Part shown: one piece after another, positions 51,355 through 64,000 of the stretch
Layout: each line of letters opens with the position of its first letter
Position numbering within the stretch: position 1 is the stretch's first letter
Source: Sphagnum compactum
Lineage: Eukaryota
Assembly: GCA_965153455.1 (NCBI GenBank)
Contig: OZ234493.1
Location: forward strand, 2,418,001-2,482,000
DNA: 64,000 bases
Reading direction: 5' to 3'
Position numbers and translations under genes: made by a program
The notes under the pieces: model-generated
What the model was told of the DNA's origin: nothing
The model's database searches: none
Seen by the model: the letters and a program-made list of their open reading frames with translations, nothing else

Positions 51355-53819
51355 GAAATTTGTTCTTTTTTGAAATCGCTCAAAGCCAAACCCCCCAACC
51401 CCCCCTCCCAACGGCCCACACGCAGAGCGCCAATCCAGGACACAAACAAATAATAAAATTTAAGTAGTGTTGGTCTGGTATCAACTTCTGAACATACTAG
51501 CCTGGTCTTTGAATTTATGGAATATACTTTAATAGTTAAATTAATATTTAAATTTAAATTTTATGATCATGAGTGTAATCTTTTAAGCAAGGTTTTTGAC
51601 AAGGGTCAGGGTCCAATTTCTTAGGAACCAATTTGTACCTGATTTGAAGCAAATTGAATCCTTGAATTGGACTATACCTTGGTCCCTAGCCTGATTCTTG
51701 GTTCTCCAAATCAGGAGCTCTCCTTTCAGCACTGTTTTTTGGTCCCAACCAATTGGATTTTCCATCCAAAACAGGTGCCATGTAGGTTGAGCCTCAATTT
51801 GCCACTTTTTGGGTCTTAGACCCTCGTCTAAAGGCCTTGGGACCACCAATTTAAAACTTTCGACCAATAAGATTGCTTGAATTCATTGGTCCCTGGACCT
51901 TTGACCCTCGTCTAAAGTCACCCTAAGCAAAATCCCTCATGCGGCTGGCCTCTCCCTCATTTATTTTGGAAATTTTATTCAACCAATCATTAATAACAAT
52001 ATTATCATTGCGAAAAAGGATAGTATTACCTTTAGTCCCTACCAGCCCTGTCTATTACTGATATAATGCAAAATCAAACAAATTATAAGATAGAACTTTA
52101 AATTTAAAGAACATGGATGAGTTCTTTTGCAGAATTAATAAATCATGTTGAACCATGCTGCATGGTTTTATGCAGAAACTAGTTGTGTTTGGCCCCATAC
52201 ATGTGTGGTAAAACCCTAAAATCATACATGCATGTCTACTATCTTAGGGCAATAATAAATTTCTGTAACATAAAAACCAACAATAATATAAAAAAATTAA
52301 TTTCATTATGATTTTTGTTATTAAATTTTCATCAAAGCCTTGCTGAAGTTTTTAAAAATAACATCAAATTAATTTTAAAATTTTATATTTCAAAAGCAAA
52401 TTTTATACTAAATTTTTAATTTATTTTTAAATTGACAGGTTTTATTTTAATCAATTCTTGCATACTTTTTCAAATCAAATTTTTAAGAATCTCGTTTTAA
52501 TAATATTTAAAGGAATTGAAGCTAATTATTTGTATGTTTATCAAACAAATTTCATTTTGAAAATTATTCATATGACTTGTTTTCTACATTTCATAATGAT
52601 ATGAAATCTTGTGATACAAAAAAGCAAATGACAACCCAAAAAAATAAAATGATATAGAGGCATGATTAAATTAGATACCCAACATTCATATTTTGAAAAG
52701 AAACCCAACAAATAGATGTGTAGATTTCAAAACAACCCATCAATTTGATGGGTGCACCCAAAATCTACACATGTGCATCCATTAACTTGGGGCAATAACA
52801 TATATATATATATAAAAGGAACATTGCCAAACTTTTTTGCAAATTTTTAAAAAAAATGTAAGACCATGTTGTGTGGCTTTATGTAGAACCATGCAAGGAT
52901 GAAAAACATGTGCAAGAAGAGAAGCAAAATAAGTGTCGGACAAAGCTTGATAAGGGTAAATAGCATCTGGCCAAATACTTAAAAACTGCACCATTTGAGG
53001 TCCAAGTTGCTGGCCACATTGAACCAACACCCACCACTGAATGCCCATTATTACTCGGTTGTGGATGAACTTCAACTGAGTTAGTATTTGGTTTCACCTT
53101 GGTAACCAATTATGTAAAAAATAAGTCTTAGATATAGGTGGGTAGATAGGTAAATAAATAGACAACTATTGAGTAAGTAGATGGTTTACACATAGGTAAA
53201 AACTTGTTTTTACTACCTACCTACTTGCAACTTAACAAGGGAAAAAAAAACTACAACTGGGTTAACTATTGTGGTTAGCTAGGGAACTAGAACCCAGCAG
53301 AAAAATGTTTCGTGACCACTTACCATTCATCTTTCATGGTGTGTTAATAGGTGGTGGTTCAATGTGTCCCAAGTTGGTGAAGTTGGTCTTTTAGTTTTTT
53401 ACTTAGGCAAAACAATTATGTATGCTAGTAATTGGCCTAGTTGGAAATTTCCATGTGAAGTTTTGTGGCCTATTTTGGCTTGTATATGGTAGATGGGGAT
53501 GAGTGGTACCACCCCAATGTTGGGAAGGTACCTTCCTTTCATCTAATGTTGATCATATAGTTTTTTAAGCGTCTTAATAAGTGATTGTGACGAATGCAAA
53601 TGGGATGAAACCTTAAAGAGGATAGAACAATGTTGTCATTGTCGAAAGCAAAAAACAAGTTTTTGGGTGGTTGATGGTGATGTGAAAGTAATGTTTTTGT
53701 TGTCAATATAAATCATATAAACATGTGAATTGAACATCTTAAATTATATCAAAATAAAAATAATTATTATTTTAAATAATTAAATATTGAAACACGTGGC
53801 AACACATCATTTGCTTTCA

Positions 53820-54051
53820 ATAGTGACCAAAATAGTTGCATCTTAGTCGCATGTGACAATACATATACATGGAATCAAAGGATGAACTTGTATTTGTTGA
53901 TTTTTTTGTTCATCCAATACCTTTTGTCATTTGCGACTAATTTCACATGCGACTTATCCAAGGCGACTAAGGGGATTTTAGTCACAAATGTCACTTGTGA
54001 CTATAATTTAGTTGTAGAAACTAGTCAAAAATAGGTGTTTTTCTTCTAGTG
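53820..54051. mobile_element. One terminus of a CACTA (En/Spm) element
   Basis: TTTTCTTCTAGTG (reverse complement CACTAGAAGAAAA) ends at 54051. It is preceded by subterminal GCGACTAA/TTAGTCGC/TGTGAC repeats in both orientations. The partner TIR was not found. Confidence 0.7.
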
Positions 54052-54174
54052 TTTCCTCCCTTTAGGAAACCAAATCACAAAACCACCCAATTTGAATGAT
54101 TAAAGATGGTTGTGGTTTTGAGACCACAAGGCCCATCTCCATTGTTGCTCTCTTGTGTTTTCAATGGCCTTTAA

Positions 54175-57100
54175 TTAGGTCTCCTCTAGTTTTTCCAACT
54201 TAAATATTTTGTTGGTTAGTACTTTCATTGTGTTAGTGACATAGTACGTTCCTTGGTGAAGGTAGGTAATAGATATTTTGTAGGCATTAATGGGTACAAT
54301 CCATACACCAACTGGAATGGTGTGTGCCATGTGCTTATAGTAAACAAACAATATTGCCCCCAAATGTTCATCCCAGTCATTCCTCTTTTCAGTTACCAAT
54401 TTGGTTAACATGGTGCCAATTACCTTGTTTGCGACTATGCCTGCCCATTACCTTGAGGGGAATAGGTAGTAAAAGTATGTGTTGAAAAAATAATGGTTCA
54501 CCAAGTGGGAAATTGTGTCATTAATAAAATGCACGACTTGGTTCAAGACCATAGTTAAAAAACATCCAAACCTGGTCAAAATGCACTCATATTAGAATTT
54601 GGCTATAACTACTACCGTGTTGGAACATAACACCCTTGCTTCCACCCATTTGGTGGCGTAATCCATCGCCACCAAAATGTATTTATTCCATGTGTACTTT
54701 CCCATTAGTTTCATTGGTCCAATAAAGTTTAATCCCCATTTCATGATTGGGTTTGATGGTAATGCCATTATTAGTTTTGTTATAGTGGGAAAGGTCAGGT
54801 TTTTTGTTTTTTGACATTCATCATAAGATCTACAAAAATGCAAGGTGTCTTTGTAGATACTAAGCCACCAATAGCGTGCATCCAAAAAATATCTCATCGT
54901 AATTTCAATAGAGAAATGGTTTCCTCCTAGCCATTTGTGTAGTTCAGTGAGGATGATAGTGGCCCCATTAATGTCCAGACAACGTCTTAGTACCTTGTTG
55001 TAGCTTTAATAATGTAGGTTAAACTCTAGTAATGTAAAGCGCAGTGCTTTCAGTTCCATCCTCTCCTTATATTCTAGAGGGTAACTGTCAAATAATACCC
55101 CAGTATGAAGGTAGGTACTGACATTCGACAACTAGTCAGGCAATATCGTGAATAGAGGGGCATCTATTGTCTGGTCAAATACCCTTGTGGTTCTATGTTA
55201 TGAAGGAGACGAGATAAAATGTCTACCACCAAATGAATACGCCCTGGTTTATAGATGATGGTAAAGTCATTTTCCAAAAAAATAGTAACCATTGCGTAAT
55301 TCTACCCAAACATCTATGGTTTGTTGATGAGGTAGGTCAATGCCATGTGGTCCACGTAGAAGACAAATTTGTTGTTGAGGAGGTAGTGGTAAAATATATA
55401 TAGGGTGTAGACCATGGTTAATGCCTTTCGTTCTGTTGTGGTATAGTTTTACTTTGTTGAACTTAACAAATGCGAAACATATGTAATAGGTTGATCGCAT
55501 TTACAATTCCGAGTTTAGGCCAACATAACCCCTACCATTAAATTGGATGCGTCCGTATGTACATGGAATTCTCTTTCCCAATTTGGTGCAACTAGAATTA
55601 GGGCCTTCACGTATTTTTGCTTTATGGTCTCCCACGCATCTTAGCATTCTTGAGTCCAAATGAACTCCTTCGATTCTCACATTATTTTTGTGATGGGTGC
55701 CATAATGAATGCAAAAATTTTCACAAAACATTGGTAGAATTGGACTAAGTTGTTGAAGACTTGAATATCATGAAGGTTTTTGGAACGAGCATTTTTACAA
55801 TCGCTTCTACCTTTTTTGGATCTAGTAGTTTCCTGTCCTTGGAGACTATGAAGCCTAGTATCATGCTTGAGAATACCGTGAAGGCACACTTTTTCGGGTT
55901 TAGACTTATCCCATATTCTCGACACTTTTTGAAACACTTTTGTAGTTTGGATAAATGTGTATCCAAATCACTAAAGACCATGAAATCATCCAAGAAAAGT
56001 TTCATAAAGGCATCCTTGAATACCTTACTCACCACTCTTTGGTAGGTGGGTGGTGCATTCTTGAATCCAAATGGCATTACCACCCACACAAATGTTCCCC
56101 AATCCGTAATGAATGTTGTCTTGTAATGGTTTTTGGGGGCAATTTGAATTTGATGGTATCCGGAAAAACCATCCAAGAACAAGTACACTTCATGACCCAT
56201 TGCCTTGTCCAAAACCTCATTGGTGAAAGGTAAAAGGTACGGGTCTTTTTTTGTGGTGGCGTTCAATTTCCGAAAATCAATGCATATGCGCAATTTGCCT
56301 TTCTTTTTTGGTGCTACCACAATTGGTGATAGCCAAGTTGCTTGCTCTATCGGCTCAATGAAGACAGCCTCCAACAACTTATTAAAGTCTTGTTTAACAA
56401 TTATTACATAGTTTGGATTCATGTGGTAATGTGTTTGGTGTGAAGGGGGAATGGTAGTGTCAAACTCAGTTTTGTGCTCCACAATGTGAGGTGGGATCCC
56501 TTTGAGTTCCTTATAATTCCATGTGCCCACATCTTTAAATTCTTGCAACAGACCTTCTATTGTTGTAGTTACTGTACATGTCCCCTCCAAGTTAACATTT
56601 AACTTGAGGTATTTTGGGTCTTATATTATCCCCATATTGATTTTTCAAACCCAAGTGTTTTGGGACAAAGTCCATTCTGTAATTCTGAGATTTTTTACCT
56701 TTTCCATGGTAGGGGTTTCATCCACCACTATCGTTCGTGGTTCATGGTGAAATTGGATCTGTGGCTCAAATATTGCCTGATTAGGGAGGGTAATCATCCC
56801 TATGGAGAATAGGTTAAGCTCAGAGGAAAACGTGATTTTTTTTTCCTCATCTATTTTTCCCTCTATGAAATTGTAGCTGACTACCATTTGTGGTCTTTTG
56901 ATATTCCCACTCAAGTACTTGGAAACAAAAATTGTTTTGACAGTCCCATTACCCTCTATGGTGACCATATTGGTCCCCTAATCATGGACCACCTTGGCAT
57001 CCCATGACCATGGGCGTCCCAATAGCATGGAGTAGGGTCCACTGCTTTGTTATTCATCATTGTGAAGGTAACTATGTATAGTATGCCATGGATTTTGATC

Positions 57101-57312
57101 CTAATATTGGGAACAATTCCCAAGGGTTTATTGAATGAGAAATCAGCCATCGATAAGTTGAATGGATCTGGTTGGGGTGGTGGTAACCTTAATTTTTGCC
57201 TTAATCCATTTGTTATATCATTCACCCGTAACCTTCCATCTGAAAGCACATCATCCACCATGTTTTTTCTGACATGCACTACTATTACCACCATTTGATG
57301 GTTTACAACCAT
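54175..57312 (-). pseudogene. gypsy pol (protease-RT-RNase H-integrase), frameshifted
   Basis: Protease-like DVLSDGRLRVN (56956-57312). RT LRICIDFRKLN, LDGFSGYHQI, MPFGFKNAP, FLDDF (55745-56590). Integrase KWGLNFIGP, YILVAMDYATKWVEA (54592-54897) and DWDEHL (54175-54411). Confidence 0.92.
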
Positions 57313-57857
57313 TGCAACAATAGTGGCTTTGGCCTAGGAGGTAGTATCTTCACTAAGAGCAGATTGCTTACTACTTGTTAAGTACATATTGACATCAAGT
57401 GCTAACTTTAACAACTGGCCAATGGTGACGATAATTTTATTGTCCAATATTTGTTGTCCCATTTTTTCTTTGACTTCTAAAGTAATTGGGGCTGGCAGTA
57501 CCTTTAAATGCTCCATGGCGAGATGGTAACCTCACCCATTTAGTGGACCAAGATGGGTTTGGGATAGTAGCTACCTCCTATTATACTTCCTGTATTTCTT
57601 CATCCTTTTATAATTCATGGATAGTCTCTACCATTAATTGGCTAAACTTTTCCTCTTTTTGTCAATCTTAGGGTTCCTTCCCTTTGAGAGACTTTCTATC
57701 TTGGAAGACTACCTCCTTAGGCACCTTACTCATGGTTGTGACAACCATCACCATATTAATGGTGGTTTTCTCATTTTTCTTCTCACTAAGCCCCCCCCAT
57801 CGTTTTGTGGTCTTGTGCCTTCTTCCTTACCATTTCCTGGATCTCCTCCTTCCACGG

Positions 57858-58700
57858 GCAATTAGTGGAAGCATGCCCTAGTTGCCCACAAGTGTAGCAG
57901 GTAAAGGTGCTACTAATGGTAGTACATCCTTGTATCTTTCCTTTCCTCCAATTACTCTGTCTGGGCTGTTAGGTTGCCATTTCATTAACTGTTACCTCTT
58001 GTTTTTCCTTTAGTTTATTCTTTGGGTTATTAGCATTTCAAAAACACTTCTCTTCTTGGTGATTAGATTTCTTGCAATATTAGCACTCCTTCTCCCCTGA
58101 TTTGTTGGCATTGGTTGGGAGTTTCTCTACCTTTTTTTTTTCTCCCATCATCATTAGGTATACATCCAATATGACCCTATTACCATCAACATTTGTAGAA
58201 CCCTCCTCACAAATGACTACTTCCTCCAAGTGTTGGATTAAAGTTCCCCTCTCCATGCTGGCAATAGTCACTTGAAAGTAGGGTAATAATCATGCCCTAA
58301 AAAATGCATTTAACATATGGTTGTCCGTTGGGTGTTACAAAGAGTTTGCCAAGTTGATATTTCATTCATAATACTTTTCTACCCTCTCGTTCAGATTTTA
58401 TTTGACGATTCTCAAAGTCATGTAGATTTGCTCATCCATCTGAACCTTGCGGTACCTTTCTGCATATTGTTTAGGCAAATTCATTAAAGGTACAGTCTGG
58501 GTGGCTGTTCACAAAGTTAGCACCCTAAGCTTAAGCCATGTCCCGCAACGTCCATTGGAAGTACACAAATTTTGTACCTTCCTAGGTAACACCATTGATT
58601 TGTGTACTTGTTTGAACACACGTACATGGGCGTTTCGATTTCAATTTTTAGTATATTTTGGATAATTTAGGAGTTTCCTCCCCCCATCAGAATTTCCAGC
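57858..58700 (-). pseudogene. gypsy gag core with CCHC zinc knuckle
   Basis: Capsid-like AHVRVFK...FQWTLRD...HPDCTF (~58490-58650) and knuckle CYTCGQLGHASTNC at 57899-57858. Confidence 0.75.
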
Positions 58701-60488
58701 TACTACCATCATGGGTGGCATGGTAAGATACCATGGAAAATAAAAATTATAGTTTGGTGGCATTCCTCCCCATCTTGGTGGTACTGGTGGGAGGGTAGGT
58801 TGGCCCTTCCTACCATCCTCTCCTTCATTTGAATCTGATGGAGAGCTAGAAGAATCTATGTGGATTTCCCCCTTTACCCCCTTGTAGAAGAATGACTGTC
58901 GGACTGCCTTTTTGAAGGATCTTCCCTATTAGTCCCACGAGAAGTGGACCATCGTGAGTCCCCCCTTTTGCCAATTGCCTGGTTTAGCTGTGCTGAAATC
59001 CGCCTTATCCATTGATGTTGCCTCCTTAAGTTTTGAAGGTAGGGCAGTCGCTTGAAATAAGGGTAGTTGAAGTCCTGCCACTGTAAGGTACATGGCTAGA
59101 CTAATTCCATACAACCAGGGGCCCCATCTTGGACTCCCAATTGTAGAAGGCAGACCAACCCACAACACTTGAAAAGTTGGAGGGGTTACCTCCTGTAGTT
59201 CTTTTTTTGGTCTAGGCTACTTCATATTGTCTTTCAAAATGGGCTCCTTTATCGTCCTTCGTTATTTTTTCTTCATCAATCTAGTGTAGCTCATGTCCAT
59301 GTCTTCTCTAGAATCATTGGTCTGGTTTTTTGGGTTGGGTACCCCTCTATCATCTAGAATTGAAGGATGGTAATGACATCCTATTGCTTGGTGCCTTACC
59401 TCCCCACATAGCTTGCACCGTGATGGTGGGCCTCTGTCCACATACACTTCCCTTTTGTTTAGTGGTAGTAACCATCCCCCTTTTGTTCCAGGCATTACCT
59501 ATGAATTGAGAGGGTTGGGACATGTGCAAATTGTTGGATCTGTTTCTGTGAGGGTAAGTAGTGGCTATTCCCTCATCTAAAAGTCCTAGGGAAGTTAGTT
59601 CCGCCACTTTTGAAATCCTACCCCTAAATGGTTGTCTAAGTTTCTCAAGCCTCTTCAAGGCCTACTTTTTTTCATATTCTAAATTTGGTTCTACTGCCTC
59701 CACTTCAAAGGCAACTATGAATGGGACTCTCATGGTAGTCACCATAATGTGGGGTCCTGTGAAGTGTAAGTTGTTTTCCAACTGGAGAACGTTTATTTCC
59801 ATCCGCTTCTTCGTTGGAACTTTCCACCCTTGACCATGTATCCTTCCATCATGAGTGATATCAATAGGCGACATTTACTTCCTGGTCCTCTAGAGGTCTT
59901 TCCATTTTTATGGTAGGTATGGACGTGCCCACCACTATCATCCACGATGGCAGCATTTCTTTTGTTGTCCTTTTTTGATAGCTTGCATTCAATGCTTTTA
60001 ATTCCTCTTCCAAGATTTGTTCCATTTTTTTAATATATTATCTTGTTACTGCATGGCTCATGACTAAAATATACTTTAGGTCCTTTGTGAAAATATGACA
60101 TAATGACTTATCCTATTGGTTGACTAATGGTAGTTACCCTCCCTTTTAACGAACCCCTTGTAGCAAGATTGAAGAATGTGGAATTAGTGTTTATCTCACA
60201 GTTTATGGTTGGGTATTAAGTCCTAGGTCCTTTTTCTACCTTTCCAGGGTAGTAATACTTTCCATTCCTTATTCTAATTCTAGTTATTCTTAGATACCTC
60301 CTTTCAAACACCCTCTCAGTTTTATCTTATAGATTATAATCCATACCTTAGGATGGTACTACTTTGTCTACCAATATTAAGTTCTCCCTTGTTTACTTTC
60401 AAAAACCTGAAAATCATTCTCACAAATTCAACACTAATCCCATTGTATAAAAAATATTCCAAATTCGATCCACGGGATGGTCGACAAA

Positions 60489-61604
60489 TGTTAAAGGGAG
60501 AAATTGCGGCCCCCAATCATTACCCCTCCTCCAGGGGGTAAAACTAGGGGACAAGGTTGACACCTTATTACTTCACGTAAAGAATTGCCCTTCTTTTCTT
60601 ACTTTACTACGATTACTCAAGTAGTAAGTAGTAAGTGGAAATGGAGAAGGTAAGGGTCTATTGTCTAAAACTAGACCTACCCTTATATCAATTTTTTAGT
60701 CCAGGGAGTAGAGGGTAGAATGGAAAGAGGGCAAGATGAGAAAGAAAGAAAAAATGAGAATAATTACTCTCACTGGGTCAACGTCCCTCGAATACTGCCT
60801 AGGGGGTCTGCAGACCTTTATAATGCTACTGTCCCTTCCTTCCCCATGCTTGCAGGTTCTCTAGTGGTTTTGCCTGCCACCTACAACCCTTGACGTCCTT
60901 CCTTTGGACCTTTTCACATGCAACCCACTATCGTACCCCTTGCAGTTCCTACCTATTGCCTACTGTAGTGCCTTCCAACCTGTAAGAGGTAACTTGTTGA
61001 TCTATTACCCCCTAATTTCCACCACCATGGATTGGCTGTTACCCCCCTATGGCAGCCAATAATTTAGGGTTCCAAAAACTACCTAGGAGTTAACCCCTTT
61101 ATATTCTCTGTCCTAGAAGAAATGCAAATATACTAGCTAAAGGAAACATCCTATTTTTATCACCAAAACAATTCTACCTTCCACATTTTATAGAACATCA
61201 ATGCAAAATAAGAAACTCGAGTCCTTCAACCATCTTCCAATAAAATCACACACAAATTATATATTTCTTTCTCCATTCTTCTCCTTCCCACTCCAAGTAA
61301 AAGTTCTCCATCTCCCAAAAGTTTATAATGAATATTTTCCTCCTCTTCCTTTTTTTATACCCTTTCCCCACATACCACACACAAGGCCCACATTGACCCT
61401 TAGAAAATAAGGCCCTTATCGTAGTTCCTTCTTAAAAATCTCCTAGATGATTGGGTGAATTACCCCCAACCCCTCACTAACCCAAGCTACCTAATCCCAC
61501 TAGCTTCACCCCTTGGGTAAGAGACGGTAAGTCTACCACTACTAACTAGTAGTCACTAGAAGGGCTATGGAATTATTTACTCTATAGATTTCTACTTGTT
61601 AACA
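60489..61604 (-). repeat. Candidate 5' LTR (~1.1 kb) of the gypsy element, with an adjacent degenerate PBS
   Basis: Bounded by 6-bp inverted ends TGTTAA (60489) and TTAACA (61604). On the minus strand the CA end is followed by TT-TGTCGACCA, a one-mismatch TGGCGACCA PBS. No second LTR is available to confirm. Confidence 0.5.
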
Positions 61605-61687
61605 AAAATCTTTTCACATTCAAAGTTTCTCATATCTTTTTTTTACAAAAGTAAAAAAAATCAAAGGTCAAGTTACTTATGATTGAA

Positions 61688-62540
61688 TAATAAACATATT
61701 ATATCTTTGGAGAATTTCATTAACACAAGTGACAAAACTTTATATTCTAGTGTGGTGATATTATTTATGAATGAATATCTAATAAACATATTACATCATT
61801 GGAAAGTCTCATTAGCACAAGTGATTAAAGTTTTATTTCTAATAAGGTTGAAATAAAGCTTGTGATAAACATTCTTTTTCAAAACGTTCATGTATGAATA
61901 AAGGTATGCAATTTAGCACAAATTAATGTGGGAGTTAAAAGGATATTGTATTTTCTCTTCGAACAAAAGTGCACATATAAGAATCATTTATTTATATTGA
62001 AGGAAATCATTTTGAATCAATACATATTCAACCCATTGTAAAAATGTGATTACTTGAACCAGATGTGTGGAAGAACACTTTTTTTTTTTTGGTACAATAT
62101 ATAAACATATGTGAATTTTCACAACCAATGTGAAGGTATTTAGAACTTAATTTTACAAATCAAAGTAAGGGACCCTTCATTGCGTAAATTGGTTACTATT
62201 GTTTTTGTGAACTAGACATTCAGGAATTCTACCATTTTTTTTAAAAGAAAAATATTTCAATGTTTTATACAAATATGAAAAACTTGTGGTATTAAACTAT
62301 TTGGATTGGAACAAACTAATGCCTTTGTTGCCAAAACAAGGTTATTGTTACATTGGGAGTTAGAAGGGGAGAATGTCCAAATCTCATTTTGCAAGAAAAA
62401 ATATATGAATACTTGATTGATTATGGAAAATTAACAAAGCCTATTCACTTGGTTCAATGCAAGGGACATTCATTGGTTGGACTTGGTTACTATTGCTTTT
62501 GTGAATTAGACATGGAAATATTGCTACTCTTATTTTGGAA
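61688..62540. repeat. Local degenerate duplications (~92-bp pair at 61688/61780; ~70-bp core pair at 62177/62469)
   Basis: AATAAACATATTA.ATC.TTGGA...CATTA.CACAAGTGA occurs twice, and TTGGTTACTATTG.TTTTGTGAA.TAGACAT occurs twice. Confidence 0.65.
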
Positions 62541-64000
62541 CAAAAGAGATTTGAATACTTTCATGTGGATGATTTATAAAACCAAATAAGTCAAAATGAA
62601 ACAAATGAACTCGATTGCGTAGTTAAAAGAGGAGGATTCCAACTTTCATTTTGCAACAAAAGAGTTTTGATTATATTTGAATGTACCTGTAAGATTATAT
62701 ATTGGGAGCACATCGAAAACAAACTTGATTGCAACTTTTGTAGACTCTAGATGTGTGAACCTAATTTGATGGAAATGAAATTGGATTGATGGATGAAATT
62801 GGCCATATACATCTTTTGACCATGTTAACATGAAATTCAACCATGTGGATGACAATCTTGTTCACCTATAAATGCAATATCTACTATGTTGTGAAATTTC
62901 ATCATTTTATGACCATGTAGATGTCATATTTATCCACATATGTGTTAGGTTTACCTTTTGTGTTCAATTTCATTTTGAAAAATCAATTTTATCCATGGAA
63001 TTCTTTTCACCTATGTAATACAATGTCATTTGTGTGATCAATTTCATTCATGAACAAAATGTATAGATATGGCCAATAATATTGTACATGCAATTCCATC
63101 GACAAATAATATTATTCATTTGCATCCAAAATCATTTTTATTGAAATGTTCACATTTCAACCATGTATGACAATCACATTTTTGTGATTCGCATTTGTGA
63201 ATAACATTCATCCAACTTCATAGCTTCAATTTTTATGATTTAAAAATAAATTATTTGATTCATTTTAGATTCCATTCATTTGATAACATTTTTTTCTTTC
63301 CTTCCTTCCTTCCTTCCCACCCCCACCTTATCCCTATGCCTTTCCTTCTATTCCCTTGTTTCATTTCCCCCCTTCCTCCTAACCTTTTTCCTTTCTTCCT
63401 TCCACCAATGACCCCACATTGTTCCTTCACAATACTAAAGGATGGCAATTGGCAACTCCTTGTGGAAGGTTTTTTGTCTTTTCTCATTGTAGATCAAGAC
63501 ATTGAAAGAAAACATTTTCTCGATTTGGAGTTTGAACAAACTTATTACCATCTATTGATGTGCTTGTGGAACCTTTGCAAAATTGAAGATTAAACACAAT
63601 TATGAATATAATTAAACATATCCAATGTATGCGTTGAAGAACCACAAATTATTTTATATGTGTGGGGGGGGGGAGGAGGGGCGGGGCGGGGCGGGGGGGA
63701 TATGGAAGGCTTTTTGTGTTTTTAGTAGCACCTATAACCTTCAAAAGATACATGATAATTGAGAAAATTGATAATTTGCAACTACTTCCAAAGAACATGT
63801 AGGTGCAACAATCACTCAATTTGCTTCAGGAAGGAATGAGAAAAATGTTAGAAAATGTTCGATGATAGGTGCATGTTCAATGACGAGCGATTCTAACGTA
63901 TTGTTGTGCGAAAAAGGGGTTAGGGTATGTTAGGTGATTTTTACTTAGAATCAATCAATATACATGTCAACAACAATCACCAATGTGAGGATCTTTGATG

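Larger units (their letters stand above)
54052..61604 (-). mobile_element. Decayed Ty3/gypsy LTR retrotransposon, 3'-truncated
   Basis: Minus-strand order: candidate LTR, PBS, extended gag, protease, RT, RNase H, integrase. Outer boundaries are inferred. Confidence 0.9.

Noticed and set aside
51476-51483. TGGTATCA resembling a tRNA-Met PBS
   Set aside because: The match stops after 8 nt (no GAGC), with no adjacent LTR end or gag.
55761-57298. Several plus-strand ORFs
   Set aside because: Antisense shadows of gypsy pol.

Overview
Eukaryotic, AT-rich plant genomic DNA. Intron style and repeat families suggest a bryophyte such as Sphagnum (inference). Four multi-exon genes were reconstructed by hand with GT-AG junctions and consistent reading phase: (1) an hnRNP A/B / RNP1-like two-RRM, Gly/Tyr-rich RNA-binding protein (minus, ATG 7067); (2) a TRAF/XAF1-type zinc-finger protein with a C-terminal membrane anchor (minus, 31464-28258); (3) a 13-exon WD40-like protein (plus, 33099-37173), head-to-head with gene 2; (4) an uncharacterised plant coiled-coil protein (minus, 50425-47214). 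Intergenic DNA is largely decayed transposons: a Ty3/gypsy element with one candidate LTR, a Ty1/copia remnant, hAT fragments, a CACTA end, a truncated RTE LINE with an 11-bp TSD, an 804-bp TIR element with a 4-bp TSD, and several degenerate satellites. The most notable observation is in the hnRNP gene. Two competing 5' splice sites and one very strong 3' splice site predict alternative C-termini, one with a PY-NLS (...RFRPY...) and one without (...QRGVAA*), plus a possible NMD-sensitive isoform. All family assignments come from recalled motifs, not database searches.
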